Notes: generated by a model not told the origin, from the letters alone. Shown: positions 1 through 12,785, numbered from the stretch's first letter. The stretch: 64,000 nt of DNA from Rhina ancylostomus (GCA_030265395.1 JARFYF010000112.1:76206637-76270636); one strand, 5' to 3'. Program-made: numbers and translations.

Positions 1-88
1 TCCCACAATGACCTCAGAGCCACACAAGGACCCACAGATCTGGAATGGAAGCAAATCATCCATGGTCCTAAGCATGGGGGTGGGAATG

Positions 89-111
89 TAGAGAGAGAGA
101 CAGAGAGAGAC

Positions 112-170
<59 letters not shown>
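89..170. repeat. (GA)n / (GAGAGAGACA)n microsatellite
   Basis: Directly visible GA run with interspersed CA; it produces the spurious SLSLSL ORF 68..352. Confidence 0.97.
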
Positions 171-175
<5 letters not shown>

Positions 176-1926
176 AGAAGAATGCAATGAATTTATGCTA
201 AGGAAATCAGGAACCTTTAAGAGGTTCAGGCTTAATATTTCTACCACAACCAATACCAGTTGTTTGAGGGACAGTTCTACCATGGAACAATTGCTATCTT
301 TTCTAAGATAAAATGGTATTAATGCAAATATTATCACTACCAGAATTTTCATCTGACTTGCTTTTCATTTGATATCTGCATGCAACAATTCAGAATGTAC
401 TTTGCACTGGGGTTTTGAATATGTTTGTCCTTAAATGGACGCAAGTTCATGAGACAGTTTGTGTGATTTCCTGACGTATTCATGTGTTCTTGATATTCTG
501 GATATACAGGAACAGAAGGAAGTGCTTTAGAATTGTCACCTCAAATTTGTCGGTTTTGATTTAATTATTCATGCATAGTGGATGACCCTGAAAAATTGTA
601 TTTTTTCTTATTGAAGGATAAAATTAGATATAATTTAGATAAAACTTTTACTTAATGTGTACAGTATGTGACAACAAACCTATTTTTCTTGAAGTTGATA
701 TCAGCTTCCTATAAATCCAAACAATGGGCGTGGTACATATTGTACACAGGCATGAGGTCAATCCCAATTACATATTCACGGCAACTCTTGGCCTGGATCA
801 GAGCCCTTGCTGGGAGCTTTACACAATGATAGAAAGAGGAGTGGGAGGAAATTATGGCACCCCACAGCAGGCATTTAATGGGGTGAGATTTTTAACCAAT
901 AAATATTCATCTGAGCTTGAAAATTTTGGCTGATAAATGGAGCATCAGCAGACCTGAACATCTGCTTCAGGGATGGAACTGTAAATCTGCAGCTTTAAAA
1001 GTGGTGAAAAGAGAGCAATTCTGTTTGCCACCAAAAAAACCCGAGGGCAGTTGAGAAAGTTACTTCTCAAGAGATAATCTGCAAGGGCCAAGCTAGCTAG
1101 CAATTCCCTGCACAAGTTGAGCAAGTACATACTGTATATCTCTTAATGCAATCCCTGTCAACCTATTGAGTGCAGTGCACACAAAATACTAAATTCTTCA
1201 TAGCTTAATGTACCTACCCACATCACAGCAAGCTAATCAAACAGCTGAAATTAAAAAAATCAAAGCTATGGTTTCATTAAAAAATATATTAAGTGTCCTT
1301 CCAGCACTTCTCAAAACATGGCTGGATGGATGCTGCTTGCACATTGACTTATCCACATGCTGGATGTCAGATGGCTGTTCGCATCTCACTATGTTTGCTC
1401 TTCAAACACCCAGCAACTGAGCATTGCTTACCTCCTTGCTGGACAAGAAAGAAGAACAGGAAGAAGCAAACCCAAGTGGGAGAAAGGCCCTGCAGTTTTA
1501 AACATTTGGATCATTATTATGAAATATTGCTGGAAATTGTGGAAAATAAAAGCACTATGGAAGTGGAGAAAGATTTAGTCTCCAAAAGTCAGAGCTAACA
1601 CCATCCATTCTTCACAGCTTTTTTCTCTCTGTGTGCATTCACCCACTGATTCATTATTCCCTCTGACACAGCCGTGTAATCAAGTACCACACCATGACAT
1701 TATATTGCCATGTAAGCAGCTTGCACATACATATACATTACTGAGTTAGCATTCAAACATAGTTTCTGTCTCCATAAGTGATCTGTAAGAGCCAGCACAA
1801 GCCCATACTGAAGTGCTGGGTGACATTCATTCCACATTCTTGAAGCATCACACAATTACTTCCAGCCTGCGGAAATAAATGGTCATCTTTGGAAGTCAGC
1901 ATCAGGTGCATTAGACCCAGTGCATC

Positions 1927-3112
1927 CTACACTTACCTCTAGAGCATCTGGACAGTAAAGACACCTACGTTGGTCTACCACAGCTCTGCCTTAATTACTA
2001 TAACTCCAAGCAAACTCAACACCAAACTCCAAGACCTGGGACTCAACACCTCCTTCTGCAACTGGATCCTTGACTTTCTGACCATCAGACCACAACCAGT
2101 GAGGATAGGCAGCAATACCTCCAGCACGATTGTTCTCAACACTGGTGCCCCACAAGGTTGCTTCCTCAGCCCTCTACTTTAACTCCCTATGTACTCATGA
2201 CTGCATGACTGTGTGGCCAGATTCTGCTCCAACTCCATCTACAACTTTGCAGCTGATCCCACCGTAGTAGGCCATATCGCAAGTAATGATGAGTCAGAGT
2301 ACAGGAAAGAGATAGAGAGCTTAGTGACATGGTGTCATGCCAACAACCTTTCCCTCAATGTCAGCAAAGCAAAAGAGCTGGTCATTGACTTCAGGAAAGG
2401 GGGCAGTGTACATTGCCCCTGTCTACATCAATGGTGTTGAGGTTGAGATGAGGTTGTGCATCACCAGTAGTCTGTCCTGGTCACCACAGGCAAGAAAGCT
2501 CTACTTAATCAGGAGGCTAATGAAATTTGGCATGTCCCCTTTGACACTCACCTACTTTTATTGATGCACCGTAGATAGCATCCTATCTGGATGCATCACG
2601 GCTTGGTAAGGCAATTGCTCTGCCCAGGACCGCAAGAAACTGCAGAGAGTTGTGGACACAGCCCAGCGCATCATGGAAACCAGTCTCCCCTCCTTGGACT
2701 CGTCTTTACCTCTCGCTGTCTTGGTAAAGCAGCCAGCATAATCAAAGATCCCACCGAGCCGGGACGTTCTTTCTTCTCCCATCTCCCATCAGGCAGAAGA
2801 TACAGGAGCCTGAGGACACATACCACCAGGCTCAAGGACAGCTTCTGTCCCTCTGTGATAAGACTATTGAACAGTTCCCTTATATGATGAGATGGACTCT
2901 TGATCTTACAATCTACCTTGTTAGATTTCACCTTATTGTCTACCTACACTGCACTTCCTTGTAGCTGAGACATTTTACTCTGTATTCTATTATTGTTTTT
3001 ACCTGTACTACCTCAATGCACTGAGTAATGAATTGATCTGTATGAACGGTATACAAGACAAGTTTTTCTCTGTACCTCGGTACAAGTGACAATAATAAAC
3101 CAATACCAATAC
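1927..3112 (+). mobile_element. 5'-truncated Rex1/Babar non-LTR retrotransposon (RT remnant plus 3' tail)
   Basis: Frameshifted RT peptides [64 protein letters not shown] and LPSGRRYRSLRTHTTRLKDSF are typical of Rex1/Babar. Ends AATAAA-CCAATA-CCAATA-CC. Confidence 0.9.
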
Positions 3113-3614
3113 CTTGTGGCATTGAGAGTCAAGGTTTATCTACCTGCCACAGCTACAAAGCTCAGGTGAGTGCTATCTGAGCATGGTCGGCTGCAGGTAG
3201 CTGAGTCAGTACAAAACTCAACCGCACACTCTGACATTGACCCAAGAGGAAATCACTAATCACATCTGTGCAATCATGCTGCAGTTTATTGAAACTGCAA
3301 CCATGGCAACCCCATGCAGCTCAGCAGCTGAGCTCCCGACATGATATTTCCTGCAGTGTTAATGTGATATCTTTGAGCTCAAGTACACATCCTTTCAACA
3401 TGTTGTGTTTTGAGAATGGAAGAGCCATTGCAAAAATTCAAATCTGATTGCAGCCCAGAAGCTTTTTCCCATGCAGGTCATCGGACATATCCAGTGACTG
3501 CCCGGCAACAGTGACGTAAATACAACGGTTATCTCTTGTAGTAATGCCACATCGAGCCACAGGGGCTCCTGACAAAAATTTGCTGGAAATTAGGAAATCA
3601 AGCCCCGCGTCCTA

Positions 3615-4010
3615 ACGTCCATTCACTCATCATCCCTGTATTTGTGGACAGATGTTCGCTCCTGGCTAAATGATGCCTCTTTAAAATTGTTTTCACATCT
3701 CCCCATGGTTCAGTCCTTCCTATCTGTGCAATCTTCTGTAGTCCCACAACTCACTGTGCCGTCTTGTCTCATTCAATTTCAGCATCTTCCTGATCCCTGA
3801 TTTTTGTCACTCCATTCGTGGCAGTTCTACCTTCAGCTGCTGTCGCCCAAAGTTTATTCTTTCCCCGAATCACTCCACCTTTCGACCTCTCTTTTCTCCT
3901 TTAAGACACTTCTAACCCATCTTTGACAAACAGGTCAAATTTTGTTTGATAATGTTCCTTTGAAATGCCTTGAGAGATTTTACTACCTTATATAACTATA
4001 TTCATTTGCT
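3615..4010 (+). mobile_element. Degenerate L2-like LINE 3' end
   Basis: Begins with a decayed HITPVL-like segment (catcatccctgtattt) and ends in an L2-type 3' UTR (tcctttaagacac ... gttcctttgaaatgccttgagagattttactac). Recalled similarity only. Confidence 0.55.
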
Positions 4011-4308
4011 TTTAATGTAAATTGGGAAAATATCTGAACCAGGCAAACAGATATCTTCAGGGTTATCTTGTTCACTTTAATCTTCATATAAAGCAGGAAC
4101 AGAGAATTTCCTATAAATAAATAAGTCTGAACTCTTGCATGAAGACGCATGATCTGACAGTTCAGCATTCAGATGCCCACTGCGTTTGTGCTGAGGAACA
4201 ACTTTCTATCCAGGAACAACACAAGAGCTAAATTACACAGTGCTGGAAAGTGTGTACTGGGATTGTGGTGTGCCCTCAGCCCCCCTCCATCTGACCTGTT
4301 GTAGGACA

Positions 4309-4412
4309 TGCACTCAGTTCCATTCTTCCAAACCATTATCACAGTTTCCTTATTCAGGCAGTAACAACCATGCAGTTTATCACATTAGTTTGGAAGAATG
4401 GAATTGAGTGCA
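4309..4412. repeat. 25-bp inverted repeat with 54-nt spacer
   Basis: tgcactcagttccattcttccaaac (4309-4333) vs gtttggaagaatggaattgagtgca (4388-4412): 24/25 complementary, the exception being a G.U pair in the + strand RNA. Confidence 0.92.
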
Positions 4413-4531
4413 AGTAATCCAGTATTGAGAGTGCTAGCACCAGTAGAAGTGAGCTGATGGTGATTAATGCCTCTAAGAGGGGAGGTGCTGGTGAGGTCAT
4501 CACAGCATGGGAAGGTTACATCTAGGATGTG

Positions 4532-5100
4532 ATGAAGCATAGATTAAGAAAGAAGCCCTTATTTTCTAGTGGGGCACTAGATACCTTAGTGAATGAAATG
4601 AAGATAATGAAAAATTTCCTTTATCTATAGGTACTGAGAAAGCTCCCCATTTGTAATGTTAAATGGTAGTGGGGGTGAGGGGGTGTGTGGTGGTTGCTGG
4701 GGGGAGTTCACCTTGAGGTCAATGATACAAATAAACCTGAAGAGTATGGATGCAGTGCCACAAGAAATATACTGACCTTCTAAGGTTGTCAATGTCTGTG
4801 GAAACATCTACTGCACTGCAGGCCTCCCAGACTTGTTCCATCATGCATTTCCATCCCTCCTCCCAATCTAGACTTGTACTAGATACCTGCCTCACCCAGC
4901 CTCACCCAGCTTCCACCTGCTGACACCTGTTTAACTGGGGCACCACATCACCCAAGCCACTGCAACACACATGTATAACATGAAATCTTCTCTCATGCAG
5001 TTAAAACAGGGTAACACCAGCACCATCAGAACAGGCAATTGGCGGACAAGCCACTGACTCTGACCTGAGCAGAGAGAGTGCTTGCAGTCACTGGTGTATG
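4532..5100 (+). pseudogene. Harbinger Myb/SANT-like (ORF2) gene remnant
   Basis: From ATG 4532: MKHRLRKKPLFSSGALDTLVNEMK...; 4741-4788 RVWMQCHKKYTDLLRL. After an acceptor-like ...ctcatgcag near 5000: GG...LTLT*AERVLAVTG. These match the Myb_DNA-bind_5/NAIF1-like pattern (PRFS..LE.LV / R.W.QC.KK..DL / TGGG..LT..EE.VL). Confidence 0.72.
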
Positions 5101-5927
5101 CTTTAATTTAATCCTCCTCCTCACATCTCACTTCCCCTCATCCTGAGTTACAAGCTGCAGATGGTGTAATCAGGGTTTTATTTCTTGTTCCATCCAACTC
5201 CTGCAACTCCCTGCTCGAGTGTATTTCTTTTTTCAGATGCACAACAATGTCTACTGGCCAAAGGAGCCCCATTGGGGAAGCAGACAGCAAAGAAAAGCAT
5301 ACCACATTACTTTCACAACCACCAGCTCACTTACTGACATTTTGTATACTGTGGAGAGTAGCTTTGATGAAGCAGATGCATGCGTTAAATCACTAGCATG
5401 AGCCCCACTATTGGAAACTGAGGAAACACACAAAATTCTCTTGAAGTGGACTCATATGTGGACCTTGATGGGGCAGCCTCCAGATGAAGGTTGAAGCAGA
5501 TATGCAAAGTGTGCTTGGGGCATTTGGGGAGTCAGCAACTGAGTCTCTGTGCTTTTATAACCACAATACTTGTGTCCAGATAGATCTCTGGTTAATGGCA
5601 ATCTGCAGGATGTTAATGGAATTTGATAATGGTAACTTTGTTGATGGTGAAGAGGAGATAATTATCCTTCCTGTTGTTGGAGCCTCAGACTTATGTGATG
5701 TAAATGCTAATTACTACTTATCAGCCCAAGTTTAGATGTTGTAGAGTTGCTTTTACAACACAGCTTAATTCATTGCCTCATTGCTGCTGATTTGGCTCCA
5801 ATTTTTCTTTGGGACCAGAAGGCGGTGAGTTTGTTCCCATATCCAGGACAGTTGTTGCCTCTTCTCCTCCTGCTTCCCTGTCCTTCTGCACAACTCTGGG
5901 AATGGATGATTGTGTGTTGGCATGGGC

Positions 5928-6215
5928 ATGGAGGACACAGTAAGCCACCATGTATCACAAGGCCCTCTCTAGAGTCTACTACAGAGTGCTTCCAGAGTAG
6001 TTTAGATGGCAGAATTGCATTCAGTTATATTATGGGTAGTTGTATGCCTGTCACTGTATGAGAATTTTGTTCTTGTACATGGAACACTGAACTCAGAAGC
6101 TGCATGAATAGAGGATGCCTCTTGTCCCCAAGCAAAAGAATGATACTGGAAGATAGCAGGCACAGCTAACGAGTGCAAGATGAAATCATCGTCTAAGCTT
6201 CCTGGGTGATTGATA
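5928..6215 (-). pseudogene. Harbinger/HARBI1-like DDE transposase remnant
   Basis: Minus-strand peptides HPGSLDDDFILHSLAVPAIFQ, LLGDKRHPL and QFCHLNYSGSTL**TLERAL*YMVAYCVLH parallel HARBI1-family motifs PGS.HD.FIL, LLGD.GYPL and RFRCL..SGG.LQY.P......CC.LHN. Stops and frameshifts are present. Confidence 0.8.
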
Positions 6216-6769
6216 AGGATCTTTTGGTAACAGGCTTAAACTAGAACCTTAAAGTACTTAAACCCTTGTGGGTTTCAGTTCAGTTGTCAGATAAAACCCA
6301 AAACTCAATGTGTGTTCAAGCAGTTTCACCCCATACCAGCTGGTGCCCATGGTGTTTGTCGAATCCTATCCATGTGCTTAATATAGATACTTGTATTAAA
6401 GAAAGAAATCAATCGCCTTTTTCTTGAGGAGCAAGCCACTGTCACCCTTCTGATCCAGTGCTGGATAGAATACTGGAAAACCTTGCAATCTAGAATAAGA
6501 CTGAGTCAAAAGAATTTAAGATCAATGTCACCTTTACAACCACAGGAGTAGTATTCCAGGCACAGATTAGTGGCTACAGTTGTGACATGTAACAGCACTC
6601 TGTAACTTTTGAAAATGAGGGCAGCTGAAGACTTTGTTCCTTAGGCAGATGAAGAGTTTGGCTGGATAGATTCTTCTGACGAGAACCTGTCAGCCCTTTG
6701 ATTTATGCTCCTTTCCTCTTCCCTATCATGCTAGGGACCTGGTGAAATGACCATCAATATAGTCAGTAG

Positions 6770-7095
6770 TTATAATGGTTAAGTTACTTGAATAGCAGTT
6801 GGAGTTCTGAATCCTTGATCTATGGAAGCTGAGGGATTTAACTTCCAGTAATTAAATAAGAATTTGAAATTACAAAAAAGTTCATCGTAACAAACATAGG
6901 ATTATAGAATTGTCATAAAAACCCATCTGGTTCAGTTATATCCTTCAGAAAAGAAAATCTGTGGCCTTCACCCAGTCTGACCTGCATCTGGCTGCAGTGA
7001 TTGACTGACCTTCCTTAGTTTTGGGTCAATTAGGGATGGACAATATATGTTGGCACTTCCAGTGACATCCACATTCCATGGTCAATTAAATAGAT
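6770..7095 (+). mobile_element. Ancient elasmobranch SINE-like repeat, copy 1
   Basis: Shares aaaacccatctggttca...ccttcag..aagaaaatctg..ccttcacc and the 3' caattagggatggacaat...cccacattccatg with copies at ~7150, ~53260 (-) and ~57385. Confidence 0.7.
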
Positions 7096-7149
7096 TGAAG
7101 ATTTGTGCCAAGCATAGGAGATGACAAAAGGGATAAATAGAGTTTATAA

Positions 7150-7420
7150 GCATTTGGTTAAATCATGCCTGTACAAATCCAGAGGTCCAGACTAATGACT
7201 TGCTGTCATGAGTTCAGATCCCTTCATAGCAGCTAGGGAATTTACATTCAGTTAATTAAATAAAGCCATTTCAGTAACTGTGACCATGAAACTACCAGAT
7301 TGTTAGAAAATCCCATCTGCTTCATTAGTATCTTCAGGGAAGAAAATCTGCTGCCCTTACCTGATCAGTGTACTTGTGCTTTACTCTTACAGGCATCTGA
7401 AATGATCCCTGGAAATGAAT
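7150..7420 (+). mobile_element. Ancient elasmobranch SINE-like repeat, copy 2 (adjacent to copy 1)
   Basis: gagttcagatccc (B-box-like) ... gtaactgtgaccatgaaactacc ... aaaatcccatctgcttcattag ... agggaagaaaatctgctgcccttacc. Confidence 0.7.
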
Positions 7421-7899
7421 AAAAGTTAAAGCAGCTGGACCAATGTTTGTCGAGATAATAGAATTTAACTCTTTGCTCCAATGAATATGTGTAGTCCTCT
7501 CAAACCAAATGATTCACCATACAACCACCAAAAACTTTCAAGACATAAGAACTTAAGAAGTAGGAGCAGACCATATGCCTGTGTGAGCCTAAAAGACGTT
7601 GCATCTCAACTCCACATCCTTTTTTGTCAAGTCCCTGAGAATCCCTTTAAATAGCACAGGTGGGGGTGTTCTTCCTGCTGCCAAATGCCTGGCTTCCAAG
7701 GCATGAATAGCACTGTGTTAACCAGATCTTCGCAGTTCAACTTGGCTAGACTGTTAGGTGTTCCCTGCGGACTGAAATTACCAGTCTGCCAACTTCCAGC
7801 ATGAACGTACAATGTACCCAATTCTGCATTGTACAATTTTCTGAGTTACGCAAAAAAATGGTCTCATGATTTGTGAACAAAATTGAAAGTGAATCAGCA

Positions 7900-9300
7900 T
7901 CTACAGAACAAAAAAATCCAATGGCACACACATTAATTTCATGGCCCATCTGTATGGCCCCAAATCTCCACATGGGTTTTAATGTGATAGCCAGATGAAT
8001 GCCCTGAAAATCTGCAGCTGTTCCCACGTACATTTGCTATAGTTTTGACAGAGGCCTTCTCAGCTGGGTGGAGATCTATCTTGGATCACAAGTACATAGG
8101 ACTTCAGCTTTTCATTGAAGTTTCCTCTCCAGTCAGGTAACAATAAAAATGAAACCATAACTAAGGATGGTCCTAATTGTTGAAAAGTTTCCAAATTCCC
8201 TATCCTGGACCAACAGTTTTTATGTATCATTGCTGAATCTGGGGTTTGTCTGTAGAGATGTTATGGATAACCAAGACTAGAGTGCTTCTCTCCTGAAGAT
8301 TCAGGCAGGAATTGTGACTCCTGAACTTAGGGTAGACCAAAGGACAGGTGTGAATATTTGCAGTGCTGTTCTGAATGCCGCACCAGCACGATGGGCAGAC
8401 CTTGGCCTGAGCTCAGTGTGAGCAGCCGAGGAGCAGGCACATGAAGAAAAGAAGGACAAGGAGAAGCCGTAACCCAGGTGGACACTTTCTGCACAGGATT
8501 TTGGTGAAGAAATCATCAGAATGTTATACCAGTTATCATCTCCCCAGTTCCACACACATCAGCACCCTAACCCTTCACCATTGGTCACTGATCAGCAAAA
8601 TATTAAAAATGCAAAAATAAGATTTATTGCAAAATAAACAAACTGAAACAGATTTATAAAGTACCACAGGCTTTATTTTAAACAAAAGTCAACTAGTTAT
8701 CTTTGTACACTTTTCTAGTTCATGTCTCTCCTTGCACCTTTGTTCAGGCAGTGCTCCAAGCAGTGCTAGCCCATTGGTGGGATACTGCTGCTCTCAGGAG
8801 GAAAGGCTGCAGATGGCCTTGGCAGGCCACTTCATTCTCTTGGCATGGAGGGCATGACTTCAGACTGCTTTCTTCTGTATCCAATTCCATCGAAGTCCTC
8901 AGCAATCCAGGCTGGCTTGCAGCAGAGAGCACTAAGGGTACTGGCCAGAGTGGAAGAACAAATGCTGTCATCCCAATAGATTGCTGAAAGGCTGTGATAT
9001 CCTCTAAGTTCTTATGAATACTGTTATACACAGTTATAAAGAAAGTAGTCTGAGCTTGCTTGGTAGCAAGCTGATCTTACTTAACAGTTGTTTGGTTTAT
9101 CCCAACAGGACTCATTCACTGGGTGGCCACTACTTCCACACTGGAAAGGATGGTGCAGGTTCTGAGTAAAGATCTGTGCCAATTGATGCCAGACTCTTCC
9201 ACACACCTTGACACTGACCATAGGTTTTCCAATACAACTTGCATTTCAAGGTGCCTTATTCTTTTGCCAGTCTGATCAAAGTCCATATCTGAGTTCTTCA
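7900..9300. mobile_element. Possible second, heavily decayed Harbinger-like element in the opposite orientation
   Basis: Weak + strand HARBI1-like fragments (LTEAF; LLKIQ...ICSAVLN followed by an acidic run) and weak - strand Myb-like fragments (GKRIRHLEMQVVLENL ... VEVVATQ). The similarity is marginal. Confidence 0.35.
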
Positions 9301-10619
9301 ACAGAAATCAGGTGTAACCTCACTACTTGTATTCACTGACCTTGACTCCTTTTGTAAGGTTATTGTATTTCTTGTTGTCGCAGTACTGTGGGCTTAATTC
9401 CTACTATAGACCACCATGGCTCTCTATTCAGGTGGTGTCTGAAAAGTTATCTCTTCTACTTTGCATCTATATTGGAGCCCTCTGTCTTATCCCATTTGTT
9501 TAAATTAATTTCCTGCACTACTGCCAATAACTACACAACTCACAGAGCAATTCCGCTTTAAGAGGTTCAGGTTAGCTTTATATTGTGAAGAGTAGCTTTA
9601 TTGGTGCTAGCAACCCAGATTATTAGGTCTCTGCTATTTCATTCAGCCAATCAACAGCATGATTATTACTGCCAAGAAATTAAAATGACCAAGCAGCAGG
9701 AAGCTGCCGTGCTGCCTGCACTACAATTATCAGTACACATTAATCATGCATCAAGAGGCACTTCTTTTACAACTATCAGACTTAGTATCTTCAGTATTTA
9801 CCATATTTTTTCCTGTTTTCTGCTTGACACAACTATGCTCAATAGATAAACAAATTTTCTTAGACACAAGCATACAATTTGAAGCAAGATTTTCAGCTTC
9901 TTATCTTGTGTTAACATAGCCAACGACTGAGAGATTGAAGTGATGTTGATGCAAAATAAAAGTGCAAATTTTGCAGAGAAATAAGATTTCCAAACTGTGT
10001 TTCAATGCTGGGTTCTTCATGAGCAAAATTGTGACAACTTCCCAGCACTTTAGCCCAGAGAATCCATTTAAAGAACTTGGTGTAGGGATTTCTTTTTCAT
10101 TAATTTTAAAGGAAAACAGTTGTGAGAAATTAAGATATTTTTAATTGTTTGAGTTTATTTAATTGTATTCAAATGTCTTAATGGCTTGATGATTTTTTGT
10201 TTAGGCATGTTTTATAATATTTCTGAATTTCATAAATATTTAGAATCATTCAAAGTGATTGTAAATGTTGATAGTCAGCTCAGCTGGGAGGTGGCTTAGC
10301 CACTTGTTAAACTTATTTTTGGATGGATATGTTTTACATTCTGCCTCTCCTCTAGTTTGATGGAATTTATGATCAAAAGACTGTTATCACTGAGAGTCTT
10401 TTCACTGAGCTTGAAATTGGCCTTTTGCGACAAGCTCTCAACAAGGGAAGGGTAAGCATGGGCTTTACCCATAGCTCAGTGGTGAGCAGTGATGGCTCAG
10501 TACTGATAGCAAGTTGGGCCATTAGCATTATGCTGTCATTCAAATATGTGGAAAACAAACCTTGGCACATTGTTACAGTGCCTTCTCAGAATGGTACACA
10601 CTGCAGCTATGGTATTCCA

Positions 10620-12500
10620 ATGATGCGTGGTGTAAATGATTAATGTGGGGAATTAAGTGACAGCCTAGTGAACTGCTTTGTCATGGATGATGTACTGTTT
10701 TTTTTAAGCATCATTGAAGCTGCACTTATCCAAGTAACTGGAGATTTTTCAATTGCACTTTTGCTTTTTAAATGATGGAAAGAGTTTGGGTGTAAGGTGA
10801 TAAGTCACATTTTTTAAATTCGCTTTTTGAAATAAGGACGTCACAGGCAAGTTCTTCCATAAATGCTGTTGTATCGGTGTAGGCTTGACAAGTAGTGTAT
10901 TTTGTAGATGGCACATGTTGAGAACACAGTGCACTTAGGGTAGTAGATAGAGTGTCAGTCAAGTGGAATGTTTTTTCCTAGATGATGTTGAGCTTATTGA
11001 GTGTCGGATATGCATTCATCAAGTAATGAGTATTCGGTCAGGCTCCTGATTTGTGCATTGCAGAAGGTTGAAAGGCTTTGGGGTATCAGACAGTGAATTC
11101 TAGCTTTCCTCTGACCTTCTTCAGCATTTACCTGGCTGGTCCAGTCAAATTTCTGGTCAATAGGGAGCCAAGGATTATTGATGGTGGGGCTCTTCACAAT
11201 GATAATGCCATTGAATATCAAGGGTATGTGATGAGATTCTCTATTATTGGAAATGGCATGAATGTCCCTTGTCACTTGCCAACCCATATCTGACTATTAT
11301 TTAGGTCTTTCTGCATTCAGGCATGGACTGCTTCTTATTCTGAAGAGTTACAAATGGAATTGAACATTCAGTAATCATAACATACTACCCCATGTCTGAT
11401 TTGATGATGGAAGGAAAGTTATTGATGACATAAATGAAGATGGTTGAGCCTAGGACACTGCATTGGAGAACTTCTGCAGGATGTCCTGGCACAGGAATGG
11501 TTGACCTCCTAAAATACAACCATCTTCTGTGAGGTTTGGCTCTAACCATTGGAATGTTTGTCCCCTCCATACTTATGGAAATCGTTTGTATCAAGGCTTG
11601 TTGCTATCCCATTTGGTGAAATATTTTCTTGATATCCAGGGCAGCTACTCCCACCTCATCTTTTGTCTGATTTTGGACCAAGGCTATGATAAGGCCCAGA
11701 GCCGAACGGCCTTGGCAAAACCCAAACTGAGCATTGACAAGCAGGTTAATGGCAAACAAATGTTACTTGATAAACATTATTGATAACACCTTCCATTATT
11801 TTGGTTATTATTAGAGAGGTTACCGACTTTTTAAAAAATGGTTAAATTGGATTTGTCCTAACTTTATGGACAGGACTTAACTAAGCTACTTCACCCATTG
11901 TTGAGTAGATGATAATGTTGTAACTAACATGCAGTTCTGGAGCCCAAATTTCAGTCAAATAGCAGCCAGTCCCTTAGCCTTTGCTGCACCCAGTGCTCTC
12001 TGGCATTTTCTATGTCATCTGGAGCATCTCAAATTGTTTAATGACTCGCTTCTATGATCCTGAAGATCTTATGAGGAAGCTGAGATGCATCATCTACTTG
12101 GCATTTTGGGCAAAACAGAATTTTGATTGCTTCAGTCTTGACTTTAACACTCACATGTTGAAGATGAAGATGTTCCTGGAACCATCTCTTTCTGTTAGTT
12201 TTTATTTATCCAACTCGATTCAGAATGGGATATGGCAGATGTGATCTGTTGGTTGTAGGATCACTGAGCATTGTCTATTGCATGCTGTTCTTGTTCTGTT
12301 GCTATGTTACTTGATTGGCATTTCATTTTAGGTGTATCTGGTGCAGCACCTGACCTGACCCTTTTTGCCCTTCAGTTAATCAGTGTCGGTCTCCTGACTG
12401 GTTTGTAAGGGTACACTGAGGGATATACCAAGCCATAAGGCTATATATTGTGGTGAAGTACATTTCTGCTGCTGCTGATAGTACATAGTGCCTCATGATA
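10620..12500 (-). mobile_element. Old CR1/L2-clade LINE RT remnant
   Basis: Minus peptides VLQCSVLGSTIFIYVINNFPSIIKSDMG (cf. VPQGSVLGP..F..FINDLP) and SPTINNPWLPIDQKFDWTSQVN (cf. ILGVTIDQKL.W..HI). Confidence 0.75.
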
Positions 12501-12785
12501 TCCAACTTTGAGCTACCAGAACTGTTCTGACTCTATCCCATTTAGCATGATCATTGCGACACACACAGAGAATATTATTGGTGTGAAGATACGACTTTGT
12601 CTCTACTTGTCACAGGATACCCATGCTCTGAGTAGTCACAGTATTTATGCAGTTGGTCCAATTAAGCTTCTAGGCAATCGCCACTTCCCCTCTGTCCAGA
12701 ATTTAATGGTTGATGATTCAGTTATATTCATACCATTGATTGCAAAGGGGGCTGATCCAAATTTCTTTTGTTCAAGATGGAATCA

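Noticed and set aside
68-352. 94-aa minus ORF with an SLSLSL tract
   Set aside because: Translation of the (GA)n microsatellite; no coding signal.
215-9571. Exact 16-mer CTTTAAGAGGTTCAGG at 215-230 and 9556-9571
   Set aside because: About one such match is expected by chance in 64 kb, and the flanks do not align.
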